Source of the DNA: Flavobacteriaceae bacterium
Lineage (GTDB): Bacteria > Bacteroidota > Bacteroidia > Flavobacteriales > Flavobacteriaceae
Length of the DNA: 64,000 nt
Assembly (NCBI GenBank): GCA_029242825.1
Contig: JAQWTF010000004.1
Coordinates: 571-64,570, forward strand
Direction of reading: 5' to 3'
Each line of letters begins with the position of its first letter. Positions within the stretch are counted from its first letter, which is position 1. The notes below the pieces were generated by a model. That model saw only the letters and a list, made by a program, of their open reading frames with translations, made no database searches and was not told the DNA's origin. This document shows, in pieces, positions 50,420 through 60,839 of the stretch. The position numbers and the translations under genes are program-made.

Positions 50420-52291
50420 TTATTCGCTTATGGGTGCTGTTTCGGAGATAACATCAAGCTCTACCTTGAGGTTGTCTATGATAAATTCTTGTCGTTTTGG
50501 GGTGTTTTTTCCCATGTAAAATTCGAGGAGCTGGTCAATAGACATCTTCTTGTCTAACATCACAGGCTCAAGCCTAATATCTTGACCGATAAAATGCTTA
50601 AACTCATCAGGTGAAATTTCTCCCAACCCTTTAAATCTTGTTATTTCTGGCTTAGCCCCAACTTTTAACATTGCAGCCTCTTTTTCTTCTGGCGTATAGC
50701 AATAATAAGTCTCTTTTTTATTTCTAACTCTAAACAGTGGCGTTTGAAGAATATACAAATGATTGTCTTTAATCAGTTCAGGGAAAAATTGCAAAAAGAA
50801 GGTAATTAACAACAATCTAATATGCATGCCGTCTACATCTGCATCTGTTGCAATAACAATATTGTTATAGCGCAAATCTTCCATGGAGTCTTCAATGTTT
50901 AGGGCCGCTTGCAGTAAGTTAAACTCTTCATTTTCATACACAATCTTCTTACTCATTCCATAGGAATTGAGTGGTTTCCCCCTTAGACTAAATACCGCTT
51001 GGGTATTCACATCTCTGGACTTTGTGATAGATCCAGAAGCAGAATCTCCCTCAGTAATAAAAAGGGTACTCTCCAAGCATCGATCGTTTTTTGTGTCGGG
51101 TAAATGTACCCTACAGTCTCGTAGCTTTTTATTGTGAAGGTTACTCTTCTTAGCACGGTCTCTAGCGAGTTTTCTAATACCAGAAAGCTCTTTTCGTTCT
51201 CTTTCTGCTTGAACAATCTTTCTTTGCAATGCCTCTGCAGTCTGAGGATTTTTGTGTAAAAAATTATCTAAGTATTGGCCAATAAAATCATTGATGTAGG
51301 TTCTTACGGTAGGCATTTCTCCACCCATATCAGTAGAACCGAGTTTGGTCTTAGTTTGACTCTCAAATACGGGTTCCATGACCTTTATAGAAATGGCAGA
51401 AATAATGGATTTTCTAATATCTGCTGCCTCGTAGTTCTTTCCGTAAAAATCTTTAATCGTTCGGGCAATAGCCTCTCTAAAAGCAGCTTGATGGGTCCCC
51501 CCCTGAGTAGTGTGTTGTCCATTCACAAAGGAGTGATACTCTTCACTGTATTGTGTTTTACTATGGGTAATAGCCACTTCAATATCTGGACCTTTAAGGT
51601 GAATAATTGGGTAAAGCATGTCTTCTGCAGCATTATTATCTTCCAAAAGGTCCTTAAGCCCATTTTCGGAGAAATATTTTTCTCCATTAAAAACAATCGT
51701 TAAACCAGGATTGAGGTAAACATAGTTTTTGAGCATGCGAATTACATACTCAGCCCTGTATTTATAATTTTTAAATATGGCTGCATCTGGAATAAAACGA
51801 ACTTTAGTACCCTTTCGTTTAGAAGTTTCCAAAGGTCCCTCCTCTGAAACTAAATTTCCAGCCTCAAAAGTGGCGGTCTTTAATAAATTATCCCTACTGG
51901 AAGAAACCTCAAACATGGAGGAGAGTGCGTTCACCGCTTTTGTTCCTACTCCATTAAGTCCAACAGATTTTTTAAAAGCCCTGCTGTCATATTTACCTCC
52001 AGTATTCATCTTAGAAACCACATCTACCACTTTTCCAAGTGGAATACCCCTTCCGTAATCCCTTACAGCAACCTCAGTTTCTTTAATGGAAATCTCAATG
52101 GTTTTACCGGCTCCCATGACAAATTCATCTATACAGTTATCTATAACCTCTTTTAAAAGGATGTAAATACCGTCGTCTGCAGAAGAGCCATCTCCCAACT
52201 TACCAATATACATACCAGGACGCATACGAATATGCTCCTTCCAGTCTAAAGAACGAATATTGTCTTCTGTATATTGAGTTTGTTGCTCCAT
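50420..52291 (-). CDS. parE: DNA topoisomerase IV subunit B
   Basis: RPGMYIG, EVIDN, DYGRGIP, EGDSA, LRGKPLN, DADVDG, RFKGLGE. Confidence 0.93.
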   Translation of the reverse strand: MEQQTQYTEDNIRSLDWKEHIRMRPGMYIGKLGDGSSADDGIYILLKEVIDNCIDEFVMGAGKTIEISIKETEVAVRDYGRGIPLGKVVDVVSKMNTGGKYDSRAFKKSVGLNGVGTKAVNALSSMFEVSSSRDNLLKTATFEAGNLVSEEGPLETSKRKGTKVRFIPDAAIFKNYKYRAEYVIRMLKNYVYLNPGLTIVFNGEKYFSENGLKDLLEDNNAAEDMLYPIIHLKGPDIEVAITHSKTQYSEEYHSFVNGQHTTQGGTHQAAFREAIARTIKDFYGKNYEAADIRKSIISAISIKVMEPVFESQTKTKLGSTDMGGEMPTVRTYINDFIGQYLDNFLHKNPQTAEALQRKIVQAERERKELSGIRKLARDRAKKSNLHNKKLRDCRVHLPDTKNDRCLESTLFITEGDSASGSITKSRDVNTQAVFSLRGKPLNSYGMSKKIVYENEEFNLLQAALNIEDSMEDLRYNNIVIATDADVDGMHIRLLLITFFLQFFPELIKDNHLYILQTPLFRVRNKKETYYCYTPEEKEAAMLKVGAKPEITRFKGLGEISPDEFKHFIGQDIRLEPVMLDKKMSIDQLLEFYMGKNTPKRQEFIIDNLKVELDVISETAPISE

Positions 52292-52334
52292 AATTTATAG
52301 CAATAGGATAGGGAGCTAATATAGTGAGGTCTTT

Positions 52335-52387
52335 AAAAAAATAAAACCCAATCAGGCTAAAGTAATTAACAATAGTGATTGGGTTTT
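52335..52387 (-). terminator. Probable terminator after ychF
   Basis: AAAACCCAATCA (52343-52354) / TGATTGGGTTTT (52376-52387) inverted repeat with a 21-nt loop and a T-run on the minus strand. Confidence 0.6.
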
Positions 52388-52409
52388 TGTTGATAGGTAC
52401 TTTTGTGTT

Positions 52410-53504
52410 CTACACATTAAATCTAAAATGCATGACGTCTCCATCTTGCACAATATATTCTTTGCCTTCTACACGCATTTTCCCTGCTTCTTTTACTTTG
52501 GCCTCACTGCCATAGGATTCGTAATCTGCATAAGAAATAACTTCTGCCCTAATAAAACCTTTTTCAAAATCTGTATGAATAACGCCTGCTGCTTGTGGTG
52601 CGGAAGCACCCACAGGAATGGTCCAAGCCCTTACTTCCTTAACGCCTGCAGTGAAATAAGTCTCTAAGTTTAATAATTTATAGGCGCCTCTAATGAGTTT
52701 TGCAGATCCAGGCTCATCTAAGCCCATATCTTCCAAAAACATTTGACGCTCTTCGTAGCTTTCTAACTCGGTAATATCTGCCTCTGTTCCAACCGCTAAA
52801 AAAATCACTTCGGCATTTTCATCTGCCACAGCTTCTTTTACTTTGGTTACATATTCATTGCCACTAACTGCAGCGTCCTCAGACACATTACACACATACA
52901 TCACTGGTTTGTCTGTAATAAATTGTAGTGGTTTTACAAAAGCTTCCCTATCTTCTTTAGAACATTCAATCGCTCTAATGGACTTACCTGCCTCTAAACC
53001 TTGTTTAAGGGCTAATAAAACAGCCTCTTCTTTCTGGGCTTCTTTATTGCCTGTCTTGGCAGCACGTTTTACTTTGTCCAGTTTTTTGTCTACAGTTTCC
53101 AAATCTTTGAGCTGCAATTCCATATCTATGGTTTCTTTGTCTCTGATTGGATTTACATGGCCGTCTACATGCACAATATTGTCGTCGTCAAAACAACGAA
53201 GTACATGTAAAAGTGCGTCTGTCTCTCTAATATTTCCAAGGAATTGATTTCCCAAACCTTCTCCTTTACTAGCTCCTTTAACCAGCCCAGCAATATCTAC
53301 TATTTCAACAGTCGCTGGAATAACACGCTCTGGATCCACCAAAGATTCTAATTTCTCTAGTCTTGGATCTGGCACATTGACTACCCCTATATTGGGTTCA
53401 ATAGTACAAAAAGGGAAATTAGCACTCTGCGCTTTAGCGTTTGAGAGACAATTAAAAAGGGTAGATTTTCCTACATTAGGAAGGCCAACAATACCTGCTT
53501 TCAT
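52410..53504 (-). CDS. ychF: Redox-regulated ribosome-binding ATPase YchF
   Basis: [28 protein letters not shown] domain ending FRFNV. Confidence 0.97.
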   Translation of the reverse strand: MKAGIVGLPNVGKSTLFNCLSNAKAQSANFPFCTIEPNIGVVNVPDPRLEKLESLVDPERVIPATVEIVDIAGLVKGASKGEGLGNQFLGNIRETDALLHVLRCFDDDNIVHVDGHVNPIRDKETIDMELQLKDLETVDKKLDKVKRAAKTGNKEAQKEEAVLLALKQGLEAGKSIRAIECSKEDREAFVKPLQFITDKPVMYVCNVSEDAAVSGNEYVTKVKEAVADENAEVIFLAVGTEADITELESYEERQMFLEDMGLDEPGSAKLIRGAYKLLNLETYFTAGVKEVRAWTIPVGASAPQAAGVIHTDFEKGFIRAEVISYADYESYGSEAKVKEAGKMRVEGKEYIVQDGDVMHFRFNV

Positions 53505-53587
53505 ATGCTTGGGTTTAAATTGGTGGCAAATATAAGATTAAGCTTTTAAAAAAGCCTATAAAAAAAGGGAAGTAAAATACAGATGTC

Positions 53588-53947
<360 letters not shown>

Positions 53948-53970
53948 TTAAGTTAATCGGGTGTATTGAT

Positions 53971-53988
53971 TACTTTTGCACAAAGGTA
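53971..53988. promoter_or_regulatory. Two opposed -7 promoter elements
   Basis: TACTTTTG (+, 53971-53978) and TACCTTTG (-, 53981-53988) separated by 2 bp. Confidence 0.65.
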
Positions 53989-54016
53989 AAACCTAAAAAC
54001 CGCTCAAACAAATATT

Positions 54017-55063
54017 ATGCCCACATATCAAAATAGATTTAATGCTGTTGTTGCTTTTGGAAAAACACTCCAAGCTATGGTACAGGCTAAAGAGGAAAAT
54101 AAGCGCAATATCCCTCACCTAGAAGATTGGGAAAAACTCATTACTCTTGCGGGTCATAAAAATGGTTGGTTCACGGAGGAAAATATTTGGTATGCCACCG
54201 CACAGTGGGCCAAAGAATTGACTACTGAAAAGCTTGAAAAATGGGTGGCTTCCTACCCCACTCCCAAAAAACAACCCATTGTGCTTTTAATCATGGCTGG
54301 GAATATTCCTTTGGTGGGTTTTCATGACTTTTTAACCGCCTATCTAGCCGATGCCAAGATCTTAATAAAATTAGCCTCAAACGATCAAGTATTACTTCCT
54401 TGGATTTTAAACTTCTTGCAAGCGCACACCCAAGAAGACCCAGATCATGTAAAAGTATTGGAGAAAATAAATGCGCCATATGACGCTTTAATTGCTACAG
54501 GTAGTGACAATACCGCCAGATATTTTGAGCATTATTTTGGACACAAACCTAATATTATAAGAAAAAACAGAAATTCCGTTGCTGTAATTACTGGAAAAGA
54601 AAGTCCTGAAATACTTGAAAAACTTGGAGAAGACGTCTTTAGGTATTTTGGTCTAGGTTGTAGGTCTGTCTCTAAGATATATGTGCCTGAAGGATATGAT
54701 TTTGACTTACTATTCAAAGCACTTTATGGATATAGGGACCTTATTGAATATGAAAAATACAGCAATAATTACGATTATAACAAGGCGGTGTATCTCATGA
54801 GTTTATTTAAAATACTAGACAATGGTTTTTTAATTATCAAAGAAGACAGCGGCCTCACCTCACCTATAGGATCACTTCATTTTGAATACTACCAGACTTT
54901 AGAAACATTGGAAAAAGAGCTGAAAGCAAAAGCTGATTTACTTCAATGTATTGTAGGGCCCTCTGGATTTTTGAACAGTATTGGTTTTGGAGAAACCCAA
55001 AAACCAAGCCTGACGGATTACGCAGATGGAGTAGACACAATGGATTTTATTTTATCCTTATAA
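54017..55063 (+). CDS. Acyl-CoA reductase (LuxC-like)
   Basis: AGNIPLVG, IKLAS, ATGS, GLGCRS with putative catalytic Cys, YADGVDT. Confidence 0.85.
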   Translation: MPTYQNRFNAVVAFGKTLQAMVQAKEENKRNIPHLEDWEKLITLAGHKNGWFTEENIWYATAQWAKELTTEKLEKWVASYPTPKKQPIVLLIMAGNIPLVGFHDFLTAYLADAKILIKLASNDQVLLPWILNFLQAHTQEDPDHVKVLEKINAPYDALIATGSDNTARYFEHYFGHKPNIIRKNRNSVAVITGKESPEILEKLGEDVFRYFGLGCRSVSKIYVPEGYDFDLLFKALYGYRDLIEYEKYSNNYDYNKAVYLMSLFKILDNGFLIIKEDSGLTSPIGSLHFEYYQTLETLEKELKAKADLLQCIVGPSGFLNSIGFGETQKPSLTDYADGVDTMDFILSL

Positions 55064-55137
55064 AATTCTCTTAAAGCACTATATTTTAGATTAATTATAA
55101 GACCTTTGTACGCTGAATTTCTACTAAAGAAACTTTC

Positions 55138-56202
55138 ATGAAAAAACATAATTTTAGTGCTGGACCCTGTATACTCCCAAAAGAAGTTTTGGATAAAGCA
55201 GCTCAATCAGTAGTGAATTTTAACGACTCAGGGCTCTCTTTATTAGAGATCTCTCATCGCTCAAAGGATTTTGTTGCGGTAATGGATCAAGCACAAGAGT
55301 TGGCCTTATCACTTTTAAATTTGGAAGGCAAGGGATACAAAGCCCTATTTCTTCACGGTGGCGCTAGTTTGGAATTTTTAATGGTTGCCTATAACTTATT
55401 AGAAACAAAAGCCGCCTATATCAATACAGGAACCTGGAGTGACAAAGCCATTAAAGAGGCTAAAGTTTTTGGTGAAGTAATTGAAGTAGGGTCTTCAAAA
55501 TCAGAGGGATACAAGTATATTCCTAAAAACATTGAAGTGCCTGCAGACGTAGACTATTTACACCTCACCTCTAATAATACCATCTACGGGACACAATTTC
55601 AACAGTTTCCAAAAGTGAACGTCCCTATGGTTTGTGATATGAGTTCTGATATTTTTTCGAGGACTATGGATTTCTCTGCCTTTGACTTAATATACGCGGG
55701 GGCACAAAAAAACATGGGCCCTGCGGGTACCACTCTTGTAGTAGTTAAAGAATCGATTCTTGGAAAAGTTTCTAGACATATTCCAGAAATGTTAAACTAC
55801 CAGACCCATATAGATAAGGGAAGTATGTTTAACACACCAGCGGTTTTTCCTGTGTATGTATCTATGTTAACTATGACATGGCTCAAAGACTTAGGAGGTA
55901 TTGCAGCAATTGAAAAAATTAATAGAAAAAAAGCCAGATTACTCTATTCTGAAATAGATCTAAATCCTTTATTTACAGCTTATGCAAATAAAGAAGACCG
56001 GTCTTATATGAATGCGACATTCACCCTAGCTGACCCTGCCTTAGAGATACGCTTCAATGAAATGTGTGCTGCTGGAGGGATAAATGGTTTAAACGGTCAT
56101 AGATCCGTTGGGGGGTATAGAGCGTCTATGTACAACGCACTTTCACTTGAAAGCGTGGGTGTACTGGTAGATATAATGAGTGATCTAGAAAGAAAAGCAT
56201 AA
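55138..56202 (+). CDS. serC: Phosphoserine aminotransferase
   Basis: NFSAGP, EISHRS, DMSS, AGAQKN, NTP, GHRSVGG.RASMYNA. Confidence 0.97.
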   Translation: MKKHNFSAGPCILPKEVLDKAAQSVVNFNDSGLSLLEISHRSKDFVAVMDQAQELALSLLNLEGKGYKALFLHGGASLEFLMVAYNLLETKAAYINTGTWSDKAIKEAKVFGEVIEVGSSKSEGYKYIPKNIEVPADVDYLHLTSNNTIYGTQFQQFPKVNVPMVCDMSSDIFSRTMDFSAFDLIYAGAQKNMGPAGTTLVVVKESILGKVSRHIPEMLNYQTHIDKGSMFNTPAVFPVYVSMLTMTWLKDLGGIAAIEKINRKKARLLYSEIDLNPLFTAYANKEDRSYMNATFTLADPALEIRFNEMCAAGGINGLNGHRSVGGYRASMYNALSLESVGVLVDIMSDLERKA

Positions 56203-56205
56203 AAA

Positions 56206-57159
56206 ATGAAGATTTTAGCGAATGATGGTATTCATCTAAGTGGCATTAAATACTTAGAAGAAGCTGGACACCAAGTAGATACTACTACAGTATCTCAGTC
56301 ACAATTAGCCCATTACATTAATGAACAGCAAATTGAGGTAGTTTTAGTACGATCTGCAACCGAGATAAAAGAAGATATTATTGACCAATGTCAAAGTATT
56401 AAAGTCATTGGAAGAGGAGGTGTTGGCATGGACAACATTGCTGTAGATTACGCTTTATCTAAAGGAATTAAAGTTATAAACACCCCAGATGCTTCTGCTA
56501 GAGCTGTAGCGGAATTAAGCTTCGCTCATTTGTTATCTGGTGCAAGATTTCTCTATGATGCCAACAGAAATATGCCCTTAGAAGGGGACACCCATTTTAA
56601 AGATCTGAAAAAATCTTATGCTACTGGTATTGAGTTAAAGGGAAAAACTTTGGGTATTTTTGGGTTTGGCAATATTGGCCAAGAAACCGCTAAGATGGGA
56701 CTTTCTATGGGTATGAAGGTACTCTTTTTTGATCCTGAAATAAAAAACGCCTCTATTGAATTAGAGTTTTTCAATGGGGAAAAAATTTCCTTTTCACTAG
56801 AAGGAAGCAGCAGAGAAAATGTCTTAAAAGAATCTGATTTTATCTCCCTACACGTTCCCTCTCAAAGTGAATATTGTATAGATAGAAAGGCATTTGGATT
56901 ATTAAAAAAAGGGGTTGGCATAATCAATACAGCGAGGGGAAATGCCCTAGATGAAGTAGCTCTTATTGAGTTTTTAGACAACGGAACTCTAGCTTTTGCT
57001 GGATTAGACGTATTTGAGTCTGAACCAAATCCTGAAATAAAAATACTCATGCATCCAAATATATCATTGACACCTCATATTGGCGCCGCCACTCTTGAAG
57101 CTCAGGAGAAAATAGGGCTTTCTTTAGCCAAACAAATTATTTCTTTTGACAATGCATAA
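56206..57159 (+). CDS. serA: D-3-phosphoglycerate dehydrogenase (short form, no ACT domain)
   Basis: VRSAT, GVGMDNI, GFGNIG, NTARG, TPHIGAAT.EAQ; directly follows serC. Confidence 0.85.
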   Translation: MKILANDGIHLSGIKYLEEAGHQVDTTTVSQSQLAHYINEQQIEVVLVRSATEIKEDIIDQCQSIKVIGRGGVGMDNIAVDYALSKGIKVINTPDASARAVAELSFAHLLSGARFLYDANRNMPLEGDTHFKDLKKSYATGIELKGKTLGIFGFGNIGQETAKMGLSMGMKVLFFDPEIKNASIELEFFNGEKISFSLEGSSRENVLKESDFISLHVPSQSEYCIDRKAFGLLKKGVGIINTARGNALDEVALIEFLDNGTLAFAGLDVFESEPNPEIKILMHPNISLTPHIGAATLEAQEKIGLSLAKQIISFDNA

Positions 57160-57487
57160 GCCTTCTTATTTTTCAAAATTAAAAGAGAAATGGTCGGTTT
57201 CTTCTAACGGAGCACTTGTTGTTATTTTTATAGTCTTTTCAATTACTGGAAGTAGCGCTCTAAAACTGGCCAGACCTGTTTTGGATTTTGTTGGATTGGA
57301 GCGCAGTGCTTTTGAAGACCACTGGTACACCTTAATTTTTTACTGGATTTTGAGAATATTAATTATTTTTCCAATCTATCAAGTATTGCTTGTAGCTATT
57401 GGTGGGTTGTTTGGTCAGTTCAAGTTCTTTTGGAATTTTGAGAAGAAAATGCTCAAGAGAATGGGCTTAGGATTTCTTTTTAAATAG
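57152..57487 (+). CDS. Small membrane protein (DUF6787-like)
   Basis: LK.KW, VF.ITGS, PIYQVLL, GQF.FFW.FEKKM; ATG at 57152 overlaps the serA end. Confidence 0.7.
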   Translation: MHKPSYFSKLKEKWSVSSNGALVVIFIVFSITGSSALKLARPVLDFVGLERSAFEDHWYTLIFYWILRILIIFPIYQVLLVAIGGLFGQFKFFWNFEKKMLKRMGLGFLFK

Positions 57488-57530
57488 ACATTTAACACTT
57501 CTTTAAGATTTATCTCTATCCCTAAATCCA

Positions 57531-57538
57531 TATATTTG
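57531..57538 (+). promoter_or_regulatory. Bacteroidota -7 promoter element for the uORF-TBDR operon
   Basis: TATATTTG, 5 nt before ATG 57544. Confidence 0.7.
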
Positions 57539-57543
57539 AAACT

Positions 57544-57846
57544 ATGTTTACCACTCGTGGATTGTATGGGATATTTTTTGTGCTACTTTTTTTCTTAAAA
57601 AGCAGTACGCTTCATGCTTATACCCACGATAGTAACCATACAGATAAAACAAGTCATTGTCAGACCTGTAAAATACAACAACTACAATCTCCTTTACTTT
57701 TAGTCGCTGAAATAGATTGTATTGTTAACAATGATTTTGCTATTGTTACTTCAAAACAATGCAAGCAAACACCAGCGCAAGTTTTAACATATTCAGCTTA
57801 CACCAATATCTGGTCCAGACCCCCACCGTCTGACTATAATTCATAG
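57544..57846 (+). CDS. Putative metal-sensing leader protein (DUF2946/CutF/CruR-like architecture) with HCxxC and RPPP
   Basis: Hydrophobic N-terminus, H24/H28/H32/H38-C39xxC42, and R92-P-P-P five residues before the stop. Confidence 0.7.
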   Translation: MFTTRGLYGIFFVLLFFLKSSTLHAYTHDSNHTDKTSHCQTCKIQQLQSPLLLVAEIDCIVNNDFAIVTSKQCKQTPAQVLTYSAYTNIWSRPPPSDYNS

Positions 57847-57892
57847 ATATTGAAGTGCTTAATAGCACTAGTTGTAATTTGAATATGTATTC

Positions 57893-60274
57893 ATGAAATA
57901 TATTTTATTATTATTTATGTCATTTGTATTGGGCTATGCCCATGCACAAGACTGCCATTTGGTCATTAAAGGTAAGGTGATTGACCAGCACAATGGAAAA
58001 CCCCTAAAGGGCGCTATTATAGCTATTTATGGTCTCGAAAAAGAAGTGTTTTCAAATGAAAATGGAGACTTTGTCTTACAAGGATTATGCCGTGGTTTTT
58101 ATGAAATTGAAGTGTCTCATATTGACTGTGGGACTCAATTTATTCCTATAAATTTAACGGAAAACATTACCAAGACCTTCTATCTAGAGCATCATGTAGA
58201 AGCATTGAATGAGGTAGCGCTTATTAAGAAAGCTAATAATTTATTGAAACAACAAACTATAGATGCGACTGTTTTCGAAAATAAAATCAGCCAAAGTTTT
58301 GCTGAGGCACTGACTGAAATACAAGGCATTAGCACCCTTAAGACAGGTAACTCTATTGCTAAACCATTGCTCCAAGGAATGTACGGGAGTAGAGTGCTTA
58401 CCAATAACCAAGGGGTTAGAATGCAGGATATGGAATGGGGCGCAGAACACGCACCAAATATAGCTACTTCTAGTGTAGAAGGGGTGTCACTTGCCGTTGG
58501 TGCAAAGGCGCTTAAATATGGTGGAGATGCTGTGGGTGGTGTGATTGTCCTAGATCCTAGAAAACCCGTTTTTAAAAACAGTCAAAAACACACTGCCATT
58601 TTTTCTGCTTATTCCAATGGCTTGGGTATTTTGAGTAGTCAAAAATTCGAGAGAGATTTTGAAAATGGTTTGTTTTATGGAATTCAAGCGAGCTTTAAAA
58701 AAGCGGGGAATAATCAAAATACTGATGGTTACTTACTAAATACTGGATTAGAACAAACCAGTATCTCAATTCCTTTTGGTTGGCATTTGGCCCACAAAGG
58801 AATAGATGCATATATCTCTTATTTTAAAGCTAATAATGGTATCCTTAGAAACTCTCATATTGGTAATCTTCAAGATTTAATCAATCAGATCAATGGAGAC
58901 ACCACTATTCCGATTGGAGATTTTACCTATAATATAGAAAACCCAAGACAGGAAGTTTCTCATATATTGGCCAAAATTTCTGCCTATTATCATTTTGAAA
59001 ATCTAGCTAAATGGACCCTTCAATACGATTTTCAGCAGAATAATAGAAAAGAGTTCGACCTCAGGCTTGGCGATAGAAATAAACTACCTGGAACAGATTT
59101 GCAACTACAAACCCATGCTGTTCAATCTAATTTTAAATTAGACACTTCTTACGACAAGGCACTTGAATTTGGGGTAGAAACAGCCTATCAGATACATTTT
59201 CCTAACCCTGCAACTGGTGTTAAAAGACTCATACCAGATTACAACAGCTTAAATTTTGGCGCTTATTTATATGGATTAAAAACCCTCTCATCTGCATGGG
59301 AGATTGAAGGGAGCATAAGAGCAGACAGGGTACAAATAAATGCAGATAAATTTTATAAAACCTCAAGATGGGCGTCTTTGGGCTATAATATTGACTTTTC
59401 AGATTTTGTTGTTGCAGACTTTGACACCCAAATACTTACAGCGGCAAAATTGAATTTCAACACCCAATCTGCTGCACTAAGTGTTCACTTTAACCATGAA
59501 AAGCACCGTCTTAGCACGCACCTTCAATACATAGAAAGAGCGCCTAATCCAGCGGAGTTGTTTAGTGAAGGTCTACACCATTCTGCAGCTAGAATTGAAT
59601 TAGGCTCTTTGAGAATGAGGAAAGAGAAAGCACATAAATTAGGGATTCAATACAGCTATCGTTCTGATCAGAGAACTTTTTTATTAGCCCCTTATTTTAA
59701 TCGTATAAACGATTTTATTGCACTTATTCCCTCAGGACTAGAATTCACGATAAGGGGTGCGTTTCCAGTTTGGGAATACCAGCAAACCAATGCAAACTTT
59801 ACTGGCGTAGACTTTAAATGGACGGAGCGTTTTTCAAACGAACTGAAATTTACTAATGGGGCTTCTTTAGTAAAGGCAATTGACCTAAAAAACAATGCAC
59901 CTTTTCCAAACATCCCCCCTGTGAGTACCCAACACGAATTAGAATATTTGTTTAAAAACATCAAGGGACTTAGTGTTCAATTCGCTGGGGAATACAATTT
60001 TAGGCAAAACGAAGTGCCTGAAGACTTAATGATTTTTAATCCGTACACACAAAAAGAACAGCTACTAGAAATTAATAAAGCCCCAAACAGCTATTTTTTA
60101 CTTTCATCTGTAGTAGCGTACCAATTTCCCAAAAGCGGTGCCACCCAATATAAAATAAGACTTAGCGGTGAGAACCTCACCAATTTAAATTATCAAAATT
60201 ACCTCAATAGACTTCGATATTTTTCGAATGAATTGGGCATAAACTTTCAATTACAATTTCAAATCAATTTTTAG
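57893..60274 (+). CDS. TonB-dependent receptor, probably for a transition metal
   Basis: Signal peptide, N-terminal carboxypeptidase-regulatory-like domain, plug with EWGAEHAP and YGGDAVGGVI, RAP..ELFSEGLHH, C-terminal Phe. Confidence 0.92.
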   Translation: MKYILLLFMSFVLGYAHAQDCHLVIKGKVIDQHNGKPLKGAIIAIYGLEKEVFSNENGDFVLQGLCRGFYEIEVSHIDCGTQFIPINLTENITKTFYLEHHVEALNEVALIKKANNLLKQQTIDATVFENKISQSFAEALTEIQGISTLKTGNSIAKPLLQGMYGSRVLTNNQGVRMQDMEWGAEHAPNIATSSVEGVSLAVGAKALKYGGDAVGGVIVLDPRKPVFKNSQKHTAIFSAYSNGLGILSSQKFERDFENGLFYGIQASFKKAGNNQNTDGYLLNTGLEQTSISIPFGWHLAHKGIDAYISYFKANNGILRNSHIGNLQDLINQINGDTTIPIGDFTYNIENPRQEVSHILAKISAYYHFENLAKWTLQYDFQQNNRKEFDLRLGDRNKLPGTDLQLQTHAVQSNFKLDTSYDKALEFGVETAYQIHFPNPATGVKRLIPDYNSLNFGAYLYGLKTLSSAWEIEGSIRADRVQINADKFYKTSRWASLGYNIDFSDFVVADFDTQILTAAKLNFNTQSAALSVHFNHEKHRLSTHLQYIERAPNPAELFSEGLHHSAARIELGSLRMRKEKAHKLGIQYSYRSDQRTFLLAPYFNRINDFIALIPSGLEFTIRGAFPVWEYQQTNANFTGVDFKWTERFSNELKFTNGASLVKAIDLKNNAPFPNIPPVSTQHELEYLFKNIKGLSVQFAGEYNFRQNEVPEDLMIFNPYTQKEQLLEINKAPNSYFLLSSVVAYQFPKSGATQYKIRLSGENLTNLNYQNYLNRLRYFSNELGINFQLQFQINF

Positions 60275-60293
60275 TTAAACTACATCACATCTT

Positions 60294-60836
60294 ATGAAAA
60301 AGATTTTATCTACCCTATTAACCCTTTCGCTATTGATATCATTTTTATCTTGTAGTGACAATGATAGCCCTGAACTTATCCAAGAGGAAGAAGTTATTAC
60401 CTCGGTAATTGTAACGCTTCAAGCTGGAAGTGACACAGTTACTTTAAGTTCAGTGGATCTAGATGGAGACGGGCCAAACGAACCTGTAATAACGGTACAA
60501 GGCTCATTAAAATCTGACACCACTTATTCTGGTGCTGTTAAGTTTTTAAATGAATCTATATCTCCAGTAGAAGATATTACAAAAGAAGTTGCAGAAGAAG
60601 CAGAAGAGCACCAAGTATTTTACTCATTTACTTCGCCTATAAGTTCAGTGGTAACTTTAGATACAGATTCAAGTGGGAACCCATTGGGGCTCGTTTTCAC
60701 TTTAACAACAGGAAACTCTGGAAATGCAACATTGGGACTTACCTTGAGACATGAACCTAAAAAACCAAATACTGGAATTTTAGATGCTGGAGGGGAAACA
60801 GATGTAGCTGTTAATTTTAGTGTTTCTGTAGAATAA
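60294..60836 (+). CDS. Acidic lipoprotein, probably surface exposed partner of the TBDR
   Basis: Lipobox FLSC followed by acidic SDNDS; EEEVIT, DLDGDG, EEAEEHQVFY, LRHEP. Confidence 0.8.
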   Translation: MKKILSTLLTLSLLISFLSCSDNDSPELIQEEEVITSVIVTLQAGSDTVTLSSVDLDGDGPNEPVITVQGSLKSDTTYSGAVKFLNESISPVEDITKEVAEEAEEHQVFYSFTSPISSVVTLDTDSSGNPLGLVFTLTTGNSGNATLGLTLRHEPKKPNTGILDAGGETDVAVNFSVSVE

Positions 60837-60839
60837 AAA

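Noticed and set aside
54017-55063. LuxC-like gene as evidence of bioluminescence
   Set aside because: No luciferase luxAB or luxD/luxE genes in the window.
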